Assembly (NCBI GenBank): GCA_002269645.1
Contig: NIVC01001008.1
Coordinates: 318,491-382,490 of the forward strand
From: Macrostomum lignano
Lineage: Eukaryota
DNA: 64,000 bases
Direction: 5' to 3'
Shown: one piece after another, positions 1-13,094 of the stretch
How positions within the stretch are numbered: position 1 is the stretch's first letter
Layout: each line of letters starts with the position of its first letter
Notes under the pieces: model-generated
Databases searched by the model: none
What the model was told of the DNA's origin: nothing
Seen by the model: the letters and a program-made list of their open reading frames with translations, nothing else
Made by a program: the position numbers and the translations under genes

Positions 1-250
1 GCAGATTAGTAATACAGAAATCCCAAGTGAGCAGATTAGGAATGCAGAAATCCCGAATGAGCAGATTAGAATGCAGAAATCCCGAATGAGCAGATTAGGA
101 ATGCAGAAATCCCAAATGAGCAGATTAGAATGCAGAAATCCCAAATGAGCAGATTAGGAATGCAGAAATCTCAAATGAGCAGATTAGAAATGCAAAAATC
201 CCAAGTGAGCAGATTAGGAATGCAGAAATCCCAAATGAGCAGCTCTAGAA
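1..250. repeat. ~30-bp minisatellite (GCAGATTAGGAATGCAGAAATCCCAAATGA), about 8 copies, truncated by window edge
   Basis: Tandem unit read directly from sequence. Confidence 0.9.
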
Positions 251-441
251 TACCGTGTCTCGTTAGGTTTGCCTTGCACTTTTAAATTAATTTTCATGTT
301 GTACTTTTGCACAGAAAAATATTGTCTGATTAATTCTTTTTCTACATTCAAAATCTTGATGTTGTAAAATTCTATTGCTTAATTACACATGTATTGGTGC
401 TGTGGCTAAGTGTTGAATTTTCCTCATCAATCATCTTTCAG

Positions 442-493
442 ATGATGATCATCATGGGCGTGGTCGTCGTTCTAATCATAATCATCATAATCA
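442..493 (+). CDS. Internal exon encoding a synaptobrevin/VAMP-type transmembrane anchor (MMIIMGVVVVLIIIIII)
   Basis: Flanked by tctttcag and gtgagt. Peptide resembles the VAMP TM exon MMIILGVICAIILIIII, with the same phase-1 intron after the TM. Upstream exons lie outside the window; a possible last exon is 2698-2729. Confidence 0.65.
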
Positions 494-619
494 GTGAGTT
501 TTTTCTGGTTTGCTCACTCTGCCGCTTGCTTTTTGGACATTGATTTACGAGTATATTAGAAAGTTATAACTTGAAGCTGACTATCATCATCTTAGCTTGT
601 TTGTGCCTTCAAATCGTGT

Positions 620-1405
620 CCGGTTGCTATACCACCTGGTTCCGGTTGCTATCCCACCTGGTTCCAGTGAGTCGATTTCCCATCTGGTTCCAGTTGCTAT
701 CCCACCTGGTTCCGGTTGCTACCCCATCCGGTTCCGGTTGCTACCACATCTGGTTCTGGTTGCTACCCCACCTGGTTCCGGTTGCTACCCCATCTGGTTC
801 CGGTGTCTACCCCATCTGGTTCCAGTTGCTACCCTACCTGGTTCCGGTTGCTACCCCATCTGGTTCCGGTTGCTATCCCATCTGGTTCTGGTTGCTACCC
901 CACCTGGTTCCAGTGTCTACCCCATCTGGTTCCGGTGTCTACCCCATCTGGTTCCAGTTGCTACCCTACCTGGTTCCGGTTGCTACCCCATCTGGTTCCG
1001 GTTGCTATCCCATCTGGTTCTGGTTGCTACCCCACCTGGTTCCGGTTGCTACCCCATCTGGTTCCGGTTGCTATCCACCTGGTTCCGGTTGTTATCCCAT
1101 CTGGTTCCGGTTGCTACCCCATCTGGTTCCGGTTGCTATCCCATCTGGTTCCGGTTGCTACCCCACCTGGTTCCGGTTGCTACCCCATCTGGTTCCGGTT
1201 GCTATCCACCTGGTTCCGGTTGTTATCCCATCTGGTTCCGGTTGCTATCCACCTGGTTCCGGTTGCTATCCATCTGGTTCCGGTTGCTATCCCATCTGGT
1301 TCCGGTTGCTATCCACCTGGTTCCGGTTGCTATCCACCTGGTTCCGGTTGCTATATCACCTGGTTCCGGTTGCTATATCATCTGGTTTCAGTTGCTACCC
1401 CATCT
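620..1405. repeat. Degenerate ~22-bp minisatellite (CTGGTTCCGGTTG + CTACCCCAT/CTATCCAC modules)
   Basis: Tandem units; explains the three overlapping repetitive ORFs at 571-1538. Confidence 0.9.
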
Positions 1406-1871
1406 ACCAGACATAAATCGGCCTTTGAATCTTTATAAGTTAAGACATTTAAATACACGTAGTTTTTTAATTAATACACTCTCATTTATTACTGACAGTC
1501 AGCCCCAGATGTTTTATGACCTATTGTACCTGAATTGATCAACTGAATTGAGTATTGCATTTTTCTATTCGAACCACAACTGATCCCTTCGAACCATATA
1601 ATCTCGTTCCTTCCTTACTTTCAGTCTCAGTTTCTACGTGAAATTTAATCCCAGGGATTAATATAATTCTAGCCGAACCAGTCAAGGTGCCGTCCATCTA
1701 TAAATGTTATGCAATTTGTACTAATACTTTGAACAAAGCCGCTTTCCTGTGTGTGAACTGTGTGCCAGTAGCCACCAAAATGCTATTGATTTATAAGCAG
1801 CGCCTGTGTGCCGACGAACCCCTCACCAAGCTTTTTCAACCGCCAATAAATGAGCTGCAGTCTGTCAGTAG

Positions 1872-2308
1872 CACAGGTACTAGAATGACTAGATGGGCCA
1901 CTCAGCACATTTGCGTGTAAGCTACTTTCAGTTCAGTAGTAAGTTAGACAGAAGCATTTTAATGTATTTTAAAGTTATTGGCTCTTATTGGCTCCAGCTT
2001 AAACCCTCCAGCAGCGCCTTTCCACACTACCCCCGCCCCGCCCCAATTTTATTGCCTTTCTCGGAATTCCAGACTAAAGCTGCCATGTACATTTTAGTGG
2101 ACTGGCCAATGTACATTATTGCTGAACCAATTAGCAAGTTGTTTACCGCCTTCAAGCTTGGGCTTCTAAACTTTTCAAAGTCGTTTCAGCTGCCTTTATT
2201 TTATGAAATAGCTTATGTATTCTTCTTTGCTACTGAACTGAAAGTAGAAAGTTGTTTTACTAAGTAATATGTGCCTGAGTGGCCCACCTAGTCATTTTAG
2301 TATCTGTG
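1872..2308. mobile_element. MITE, 437 bp, ~38-bp TIRs starting CACAG, 8-bp TSD
   Basis: Left end CACAGGTACTAGAATGACTAGATGGGCCACTCAG; right end (revcomp) CACAGATACTAAAATGACTAGGTGGGCCACTCAG. Flanks GTCAGTAG / ATCAGTAG (7/8). Confidence 0.8.
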
Positions 2309-2904
2309 ATCAGTAGTTAGATATCATTCCAGCAATCATAATTGGTGTAAACTGCGCGCTTTTAACACTCGGAAATGTTGAATTAACGATAAATTGTGCA
2401 CTAATATTAGCTATGTGCAAAAATTATTGCTTAGACTGGTTCGAGTTCAATCGTTGCAATGCTTTAATTTCCAGTAAAATGTAAGTGTGTTCGCGTAGAG
2501 CAGCGGCTGGACGCCACAGAGAAGTTCACGAAATTAGCATTCACTTTTCATTTTGTACTGTTTTTAAAATATTCACCTATTTAATTTATACTTTCCTCTG
2601 TCATGGGCACAGTTTTGCACTTACACGTAGAATCCCCATTATTGTGTTGATTCCGTTTCCCTATTAAATCTACCTCAAGTGAAATTTTTTCTCACAGATT
2701 CAGTCAAAAATAACTACGATAAATACTGATCGATCTTGATTTTTGTCTCAAATGTGTGGCCGCATGGGCTTTTAAGTAACCGGTACTATGTTTTCTTCAG
2801 TGTAGACCACTATGGAACTAAAACAAACTTTAGGAACCCTAGAACGGACTTTATGGCATCATAAAGCAAACTTTTAGGGCACTAGCTAGCGAAAATCCAT
2901 GCAG

Positions 2905-4105
2905 GACACCATAACATGAACATTCAGGAGACCATAACTTGAACCTTTATGACACCATAACTTGAACCTTCAGGAAACCATAACTTGAACCTTTATGACA
3001 CCATAACATGAACATTCAGGAGACCATAACTTGAACCTTTATGACACCATAACTTGAACCTTCAGGAAACCATAACTTGAACCTTTATGACACCATAACT
3101 TGAACCTTCAGGAAACCATAACTTGAACCTTTATGACACCATAACATGAACATTCAGGAGACCATAACTTGAACCTTTATGACACCATAACTTGAACCTT
3201 CAGGAAACCATAACTTGAACCTTTATGACACCATAACTTGAACCTTTAGGACACCATAACTTGAACCTTTATGACACCATAACATGAACCTTCAGGACAC
3301 CATAACTTGAACCTTTATGACACCATAACTTGAACCTTCAGGAAACCATAACTTGAACCTTTATGACACCATAACTTGAACCTTCAGGACACCATAACTT
3401 GAACCTTCAGGAAACCATAACTTGAACCTTTAGGACACCATAACTTGAACCTTTAGGACACCATAACTTGAACATTCAGGAGACCATAACTTGAACCTTT
3501 AGGACACCATAACTTGAACCTTCAGGATACAATAACTTGAACCTTCAGGAAACCATAACTTGAACCTTCAGGACACCATAACTTGAACCTTCAGGACAGC
3601 ATAACTTGAACCTTCAGGACACCATAACTTGAACCTTCAGGACAGCATAACTTGAACCTTCAGGACACCATAACTTGAACCTTCAGGACACCATAACTTG
3701 AACCTTCAGGAAACCATAACTTGAACCTTCAGGACACCATAACTTGAACCTTCAGGACAGCATAACTTGAACCTTCAGGACACCATAACTTGAACCTTCA
3801 GGACACCATAACTTGAACCTTCAGGAAACCATAACTTGAACCTTCAGGACACCATAACTTGAACCTTCAGGACACCATAACTTGAACCTTCAGGACACCA
3901 TAACTTGAACCTTCAGGACACCATAACTTGAACCTTCAGGACACCATAACTTGAACCTTCAGGACACCATAACTTGAACCTTCAGGACACCATAACTTGA
4001 ACCTTCAGGACACCATAACTTGAACTTTTAGGACACCATAACTTGAACCTTCAGGACACCATAACTTGAACTTTTAGGACACCATAACTTGAACCTTGGG
4101 GACAT
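2905..4105. repeat. 23-bp minisatellite (ACCATAACTTGAACCTTCAGGAC), ~50 copies
   Basis: Direct tandem repeat. Confidence 0.95.
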
Positions 4106-5564
4106 CATTAAACGAAAATTTAGGATATCATAATAGCCATGTAATTCTTCCCTTAATATGCGTCGCTATGCTATGGGATACAGTTGTACTAGATGTAATA
4201 TACATAGTTGTAGGAGGTATATAGAAATTTAATCAGAAACCGCAGTATTTATTAGTCCCTGAAATTTAATAAACTAGTTGCATGCAATGCTAGTTAAATT
4301 TTCTTCATCAGCAAAACAGTGTATGTCTATTCTCCATTTCCTCTTTTCCTTATTAAAATGAGGATTGTGTCATAAGTTCGCGGACACAAAATAGAATGCA
4401 GTTAAAGCAAGCAGTGTCACTTAAACTAGGAGTGACACTTCCACATGTACATATAGTTGCTCTTCAGCAGCACACACTTGAACTGCATCTTTCTGGCAGC
4501 TTGCTGATCCCGTCAGCAAAGACATCTGAGGGTTTCCTTTTTATCCACGGCTTGAAATCCCCGATTGCAATGCAGAGAACGCTCTTCAATGGCAGGGAAG
4601 CTGCCTGTCATTTGTCAGCGAGCTTATGACACAAGCCATCGTATAGTATAATAATCGATTTAAGTAAAGCAAATATTGCTCACGGATATTAGAAAACCAA
4701 CGATTCATGAGAGAAGCATTACATATTAGTTGTGCTTCCTGGCGCCAGGTTTTATTATTTTAGTAATATAATACTTTAATGTGGCAGATCTTTTTTTCTA
4801 ATTTACTTTTCTGCAAAGCACCATCGTAAATGTTTTAGTTAATTTGCACAGTTTTATGCTTTTATTATCAGTATTAACGAAGCTATTCGGCTTGAAAACT
4901 ACATAAAAGTACAGCTTGCACTCAAACCTGCCGCTTTTCAGTTGCTGTCCTGAAGTGAAGCCTGACTGCCATCTGTTTAATCAGGATCGAATGCTTGCTG
5001 AACGGAATCGAACAAATTTTACTTAATCTTTTATCACCAGCTCGCTGTGTGTAGGGCATATAGCTGCAATACCATAACCATAACTTGCGCATCCATAACT
5101 CAGTACATAACTCACAGTTTTCTTTAAATATTATATACAATATATTTTTTTTGGTTAATTCTACAACCTACCATATTGTTTTCCTTATGTTTTTTGTTGA
5201 ATTCTTTTCTCTGATAGTCTTGGCCTTGTTGTACGCGAAATATTGTTTATTTTAATTTTTTCATTATATGATACTCGTACTTACGATTCTTTAAATGCGC
5301 GTTGTAACTGTTTTAATGGTTTAATAGCGAGTGTATTGGATTTTTATTTGTTTTATTTATTGTTTTACTGATTGACTATGCTACGCGTTCAAAATTGGTC
5401 ACCAATTCATTAGAATTTATGAAATTTATTACCGTTACAATCAGTTGATATTGATATTTGCTATCATATTATTGCAATTTTACACCCTTCATCGTGTCCT
5501 TGATAATTTTATTATCGATAATCAATGTAATAGTGTTTCGGCTTTCACTTCCAATTCTAACAGC

Positions 5565-6618
5565 CTGCCCTGGCTATATGAGCAGTGCCCTGGCTATATG
5601 AGCAGTGCCCTGGCTATATGAACAGTGCCCTGGCTATATGAGCAGTGCCCTGGCTATATGAGCAGTGCCCTGGCTATATGAACAGTGCCCTGGCTATATG
5701 AGCAGTGCCCTGGCTATATGAGCAGTGCCCTGGCTATATGAACAGTGCCCTGGCTATATGAGCAGTGCCCTGGCTATATGAGCAGTGCCCTGGCTATATG
5801 AACAGTGCCCTGGCTATATGAGCAGTGCCCTGGCTATATGAGCAGTGCCCTGGCTATATGAGCAGTGCCCTGGCTATATGAGCAGTGCCCTGGCTATATG
5901 AACAGTGCCCTGGCTATATGAGCAGTGCCCTGGCTATATGAGCAGTGCCCTGGCTATATGAGCAGTGCCCTGGCTATATGAACAGTGCCCTGGCTATATG
6001 AGCAGTGCCCTGGCTATATGAGCAGTGCCCTGGCTATATGAGCAGTGCCCTGGCTATATGAGCAGTGCCCTGGCTATATGAGCAGTGCCCTGGCTATATG
6101 AGCAGTGCCCTGGCTATATGAGCAGTGCCCTGGCTATATGAGCAGTGCCCTGGCTATATGAGCAGTGCCCTGGCTATATGAGCAGTGCCCTGGCTATATG
6201 AGCAGTGCCCTGGCTATATGAGCAGTGCCCTGGCTATATGAGCAGTGCCCTGGCTATATGAGCAGTGCCCTGGCTATATGAGCAGTGCCCTGGCTATATG
6301 AGCAGTGCCCTGGCTATATGAGCAGTGCCCTGGCTATATGAGCAGTGCCCTGGCTATATGAGCAGTGCCCTGGCTATATGAGCAGTGCCCTGGCTATATG
6401 AGCAGTGCCCTGGCTATATGAGCAGTGCCCTGGCTATATGAGCAGTGCCCTGGCTATATGAGCAGTGCCCTGGCTATATGAGCAGTGCCCTGGCTATATG
6501 AGCAGTGCCCTGGCTATATGAGCAGTGCCCTGGCTATATGAGCAGTGCCCTGGCTATATGAGCAGTGCCCTGGCTATATGAGCAGTGCCCTGGCTATATG
6601 AGCAGTGCCCTGGCTATA
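5565..6618. repeat. 20-bp minisatellite (CAGTGCCCTGGCTATATGAG), ~52 near-identical copies
   Basis: Direct tandem repeat. Confidence 0.95.
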
Positions 6619-7479
6619 TCAAGCACTTTATTAAGACGGGGTGAGAGTTCACTGCGCTCGACTGCTCTGTTAAACTCTCACTCTCTTTCAGACCTGCGGA
6701 TTGAATCGCTATTACAGCTAAGACTCCCTTGTATCCAATAGTTTTCTCCCAATTCCCAAAAAGGAAACGGGGAGTAGGCAAGTGGGGGTAATAAATAATT
6801 AATCGCTTACCCGCGTAATCCACTCAGCCGAATAAAAGCTGGTCAGCGGCTGCACTTTCTGCTGCATAAAGCTATATAAGAAAAGCTGCAACGAAGAAAG
6901 ACCCCTTTCAATTTTACTGTGTATTTGCAATCCACAATATGCTACTCAGTTATAATTCTCAGCTAGTAGGCTCGTGCGAATATTATATATTCCTTTTTGT
7001 AAGGTTGACAACAATTGCTCCTTGTGATTCTCTTTTTATCATACACAAACGGCGATGCTTAAGAATTCTTTTTCTTCGTTATTTTAACTCATTCGTGTAT
7101 TTTTGTTTTAATTTGCTTTTAATTCCTATGTTAATTATAACTGTTTAAATCCTTTATTTTAACATTCGACTAAATTTATCTTTAACACAGCGATATATGA
7201 TTCTATAGTCCCTAGTCCAGCCATTTTTACCTCTGCTGCAGTCGGTATTTTGTTTTAACTGTTTCGTTTATCGTCCAGTTAAAACAGTTTAGAACATTTC
7301 CTGTGTTTTTCTTTTTGCCTTTATTGCACTTAGCACACGAAATATATTAATGATTATTACAGTGTAGTTTTAATTTGTATACACGTAAAAATTCTTCTGA
7401 AAGCAGTTTTTTTCAAATTGAGTCTTTTCTCACTTTTAACAGATTGAGAACAGCTACTGCACCTACAGGCACATTCTAT

Positions 7480-7925
7480 TGTGTACATGCATAGCGTACT
7501 GTACTCGTACATGTACGTGTACTGAATGATTGGCTCGTGATCATACACACGGGGTTTGCGTAACCATGTGAAAAATTATATTTGCAGGAGGGCTGTGAGA
7601 GCACACTGGCTCTCATCGCCTTTGGCAACATCGTACGTCCCACCGCAAGCGCTAACGGCAATTCTACCCATTTCGCTGTCTCTTGAGCACAAACACCTGT
7701 ATAAGCACGCTATGCCAATGCTGTACACAGGACACGCACTCATACGCTCACAGAAGGAGGTGTACAGCGGCCCTGAATTTCTAATCATCAGGCATGTACA
7801 CCCCCAGGTGAACCCCCAGGTCAAATTTTCGTGCTCAAGCCCCAAATGAATGCGACCGCGCACGGAATCGAACCAGCAGGGGTCGTGACGTGAAAGTCAA
7901 CGGCGTCTACCAATGCGAGCTATAT
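7480..7925 (-). mobile_element. Probable tRNA-headed SINE (or tRNA pseudogene with adjacent body)
   Basis: Minus strand 7925-7851: A-box TAGCTCGCATTGG, anticodon-like loop CTTTCAC and B-box GGTTCGATTCC, but the acceptor stem does not pair. The 3' boundary is approximate. Confidence 0.5.
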
Positions 7926-10476
7926 GTACACATGCAGGCCTCTTGCACCAACATATGAATTGCTGACCTACAGACGATCAAACGGTATCTTCTAGCGTGG
8001 TCCGTGCTCTCTTTTTCCTCCCCACACGTCCCACTGTGTGTACGAACGTAGCTTGAAATTTTCAATGTAGATGTATAGAGAGACAAGGTTCCTTAATTGC
8101 TTAGGCTCCACTATACACATCCAGTCACAGCATCAAAATATAACTTTGTCAGTAGGCCTTACTAAAATGAAGGCAACGTCGTCTCGAGGCGCGATTCAGG
8201 ACGAACGTACAGTAACACCGCCGTCGACCTACAATAGTTTGGGGCGCCAGGGTCAGCCAACAGGCAGTGTAGACGATACTACGCCGAGCGTCAGCAGTAC
8301 GACTCGGCACAGATAGTGATGTGGCCTGCCAGCTGGAGTCGCCGACGGTGCAACAGCTAGTATACATGTAGGTCGCTTGGACCAGCTGGCGTGGGAAATA
8401 GTGTGCTATAATTACTTATCGCCGATCTTGAAGACAACTTGCAGCAGGCTGCTGTACATAGCTTTCGCCAGGTTAACTTGCTGCTCGAGTGAGTACATTC
8501 AGCGTTCAGCTCCCGGGAGTTTTTAAAATCAAGACGCTCTGAAATAAAGCTAATAGCTGCCTTAATCTGGAGGGCATGAAACTGCAGGACACAGCCCTCA
8601 CAGATTGGAAGGCGGCTCGTGTGATGACGCCGCAGATCCAGACTGCGGATCCAGAACCAGAAAGCCGATGTATATAGACGAACTATACCAGCTGACACAT
8701 ACGGGGCCGGAAGTATGGTTTCTCGGCAATAGACTACTGATCAGTTTTTAAATTCAGTCGGTTAATTCTTCCAGGGCCATATGCTTCATTTTCGACTAAA
8801 CGTAAATAGCTTCAGGGCGGTGCCACAAGCTTCATGCTTTAGTTTACATTCTATCACTAAGTTGAACTCCTTGTGCTATGACCCTATGTATTTTCTCACA
8901 TCCACTTTTTATCTAATACACATTATATTTGCATTCTTATTCTTTAACGCTAATGTTTATCATTCCGTTTCGAGCAGGAGGCGCTGACGGACAGGAACTA
9001 AAAGGACCACTAGCAGCAGTACCCCCGGTATACGAGCTAAAATGATGTTTCCGAACTCCGCAGTCTATTTCTTGACGGAAATTGGCCTCCAAAAAATTCA
9101 CGATCTCTAAGTCTGTATATATAGCGTCTACGAGCTGATATCCTGTATATGATGGGTTCGGCCTTTTTAAGCCTATAGCTTCGGGCCTCAGAATTCAGAA
9201 ATGAATCACTTAGAACTCTGGCCTCTCACTCCTGTCAGATGGTCAGCCCCATGGTAGCTAGATTGTGGGCGAGCAGCAAGGTCCTATAGCTAAGAGAAGA
9301 CAGCGAGACAAGCAGGGAGAATTTGAAAGGTAGAGATTAGCTAATCCGCAGATTAACTAACCCGCTGCCACCAGTCCGTGCGCCCCGGCTCACCATACCG
9401 GAGCTATCGAAATCGGACTTCCGACTAGAGGGGCACTGCACTTACCTGCCATCTAGTGTCTTTTAGCTGTCTAAATCTCGAAATCATAGCCGAATAGAAG
9501 GGACGCTGCTGGGACTAAGATCGCATTGGCCATGCAGGGACAGAGAGGACTTCTGCAGGGGGTTCTTGCGCTGGCGAGCCTCTATACACTACTAAAAGTA
9601 CTATTTCTTTACCAAATTCCCAGACGTACATGTATAAGTACACGTAACTGCACGCTTTTGGCACTAAATGTGTTAACACGTCGACAGATAGCGATGATGT
9701 GGATGTATTGTTACTTTTGGAGACCTTCTGACTAATATTTATCTCGTTTTAGCCGCTTAGCTGCCTGAGACCGCGCGAAAGCGCCAGTCTGGCGCTTAAT
9801 TCGCATGCTTATCAAGATTTCTGAGAACGACTGATTAACTGGGAACTGCGCCGCTTCCGGTCCACTGTGACCTCTGCCCCTAGATCTAGCCACTCATCCG
9901 AGCTGGCATTGCGCAAAAGAAAGAAAACATTAAGCCTTTAACTTCCAGATTTAACTTTCTCACTTAATCCGCAATCCTAGACGCTTTAGATTGAGTTAGA
10001 GCGAATGGCTACTTTTCATATTGACTGACACTTCTGCCTCGAGTTTGGCACACAAAAGCAAGCAAAAGTGCAAATCCTATCAGACTACATAGGAAGGGGT
10101 CAGACAAAGGGCGCACCCAGTTAAGCAGGTCAAGAAAGCCTCTCACCAAACCAATCAGAGGACCTATCTGCCGGTAGCCAAGGAATCCACAGAGACCGCA
10201 GCGCTCGGATGGGATGCTGCTGCTGATCTTAACTGACGAGTGCCGCCGGTACTCTTCACCTGCCGGTTGTCGTTGCTGCTCTTAGATCACTGCCGGGGAA
10301 ATATCGATGATGCTTCTCAGGGGGAACTTAGCTGCTGAAGCCGAAACTGCCGGGGGAAGGGGGACCAGACGTCGAAGACGCAGCAGATGCCGAAGGGGGC
10401 GTCTAAGACGGGGTTAGGACCGTGCAAGAAGGGAGGTCCAAGCAGGCCTTTTCGAGCGCGGGTCGAGTTGCCGCCT

Positions 10477-10612
10477 TTTATAGCTCTATAAAAGCTCTAT
10501 AAAAGCTTTATAACGCGCGCCGAATTTTCTGATTGGCTGAGAGCTTTTGTTAAAATAGGCGCCGAATTTTCTGATTGGTCGAGCCGGGGGCAGTCAGGTC
10601 GACTCTGATTGG
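10477..10612 (-). promoter_or_regulatory. Putative Pol II promoter: three CCAATC boxes followed by CTATAAAAG
   Basis: GATTGG at 10531, 10573 and 10607 (CCAATC on minus). TTTTATAG at 10477-10484 reads CTATAAAA on minus. Confidence 0.4.
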
Positions 10613-12680
10613 CTGAGCTCAAGACCCCAAAACCCACCCCACCAGGTGGCCTTCAGACCCCAGGGAAGATTAAAAGAGAAAGTAACAGAGCTAGTGGGGA
10701 GAAAGCTGGAAAGACCTCTGACCCAGACAGGCTGGAGCCAAAGTGACAGCTAGACCGCTATAAATCACTGAAAACAGTGAAAAAAACCGCAAATCTGGGG
10801 ATCAGAATGGGGTTGAAACCATTCCTCCCAGACTTAGTGTCGCCCGTCTAGACTGCTAGAGGTCAATCCGTCTCAAACCCAGACAGTCTGACCTTCAAAG
10901 ATGCGTAAACAATCCAAAATTAGAATCCTAAGAGAAGTACATTGAGTATTTATCATTATTAATAGTGATGGCATAAATTAGTGTAGAACTTAGCCTGGAT
11001 GAGAGAATGGAGAGAGATTCCTAAGCTAGCCTACTGACAGTATGGGAAAAGCGCATCGAAGCGAAATGGGCGGTTTTAAGATTGCAAAAAGATGCGTCCT
11101 AATCATATATCGTGGTCCTTTTTTGCTATATAGCTAGAAACGAGACAATTCCGATCACGCGGCGGCCAGATCGTGTTAAAAACTAAAAATTGGATATTAC
11201 GATAATTGCACTGCAAGCAAGCAAGCAAACAGTTTATGTATAGTTGGTTTTAAAGGTCTTAATTATTATCTCCTCAGGTTCGAACTGCATGCGCATGCAT
11301 ATGCCAAAAGACGTCCCCCACTTGTATATACAGTGGTCCTTGCATTTGCCGCTTGGTAGATGGAAAATGACAGCAGAGCAGCCTCAACTTCTATCTAAGT
11401 CATTAAAATTACATGGATAGGACCTAACCGTATTTTAAATGTGTTGTAAGATGTGAAATTATTTTTACCATTTATTTTTATAAACACATGTGTCTCGCGT
11501 ATGCAGTATCAAATCCGTATTTCAAGATAAAAACAAATACAATATGCTCAAATTATACAGAAACGTCATATAATTTGCAAGAGAGAAAAGAGAGCTCTTT
11601 GTAATAAATTAAAATATTTTTAGAATAAAGAATAGCTATAAAAGTTGAGTATTCACGGACAACTTGATATTTTAAAGCACCGAAATTTAGGGCCGTTAAA
11701 GCATTACATATGATCGACGATCCCGGCCCGAACCTTCCGTGTTCGAGTATATGCCTTTGAATATGGCTGCATGTATCTGGGCACTTGTGTACCTGCTCAG
11801 GTGTATTGGTGGAAAGTAGTTAATGTTGGTTGTGTGGCAATAATAGGGTGCAAACACAGCCCTTGTCTCTCTCTAAAAATAATTTCGATTTCGGGCACTA
11901 ATTATTGCTCTTGTTTAAGAATGAATTGCTCTAATAATATTTAAGTTAATTTTATGTATATAATCAAATTAGTCAATCTATCTTATTGAACCTATGCCTA
12001 ATTAACCTAATCTAAATATAGAAATAAATACTCATTTGTATTTGTACTAGTCTAGGCCTACCAGTCCATATGTCATATGAATAGTTAATTTGAAGACAAT
12101 TTATTAATCAATATCAATATAAAATGATATAGCCTATTGTATGTCTATTAGTATTTTTTATATTTCTTATGTTTGTAAATTTTTTATTGTCTTGTATTTT
12201 TGAAAGTGCCTCAACTTCAAGGTTTGGGTTATTGTTAAGTTATACTCTAAGTTTTGTTTGATCAATGACAATGATTACTCTTAAACATTTTTTTATATTA
12301 TTAATTTTTTATACATGTGCAACCTTAGGTAAGGAATCACCTGGCCATTTCTATTGGCAAAATAAACATTAAGTTGCTAGGCCTATTGGCTAAGAGTAGA
12401 CACATGACAATGACTATTATTTTGTCCAATAACAACTTACATGTGTAATGCCAATAAAAATGTCTAGGCGAATCCTTAGGTTCCACCTAACCTAAGCATA
12501 AATTTTTATTGGCTTATCAGTGTAACTTAATAATCAAGAGTTAGAAATTTTTGGCATACTGTGGTATAGGCCTATACCTAAACTTTTGCCTATAAAACTT
12601 AAGTACTTTATAGGCCTATATTTGACATTTTCAATCTTGGAACTTGGACACTTTCAGTCTTGGAACTTAATTATCTAGCC

Positions 12681-13094
12681 TAGTGATGGACCAAATGTAG
12701 ATTTTTGCAAAGTTCTGAAACCAAATCCAAATGTACAAAAAATTCTAAATCTAAATATGAGTATCCGAGTATGTTTTAAATATTTAGACAAAAAGTAAAA
12801 GGTAAATGGCAGGAATAACTATGACACCTTTCAATGACAAAAATGTCTCATCATTTAATTAGTTATTGTATTAGTGCTATACATGAATTTTTATGTTACT
12901 GCAAAAACAGACATTTTTTTTAATTTTTCAAAAGTTGTACTTCTTTTACACTTGTATACTTTTGTTTGTTTTTTTCATATTCAGAAACATATTTGGAAAT
13001 TTGGGAAATAGAATTTCCAAAACAGTCAGATTTCTAAAAAAGTGAGACTTTTTTGGATTCAGATTCTAAATCTAAATATTTGGATCCATCACTA
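12681..13094. mobile_element. hAT-like MITE, 414 bp
   Basis: TIRs TAGTGATGGACCAAAT / (revcomp) TAGTGATGGATCCAAAT; 8-bp flanks ATCTAGCC / ATATGGCC (6/8). Confidence 0.65.

Noticed and set aside
2905-6618. CRISPR-like appearance of 20-35-bp repeats here and elsewhere
   Set aside because: Units are head-to-tail with no unique spacers, there are no cas genes, and the context is eukaryotic and spliced
7851-7925. Functional tRNA-Glu gene (likewise tRNA-Met-like 45918-45975)
   Set aside because: Acceptor and anticodon stems do not pair properly; better read as SINE heads
9000-11345. Possible TIR pair AAGGACCACT / AGTGGTCCTT
   Set aside because: Only 10 bp, no TSD and no transposase remnant
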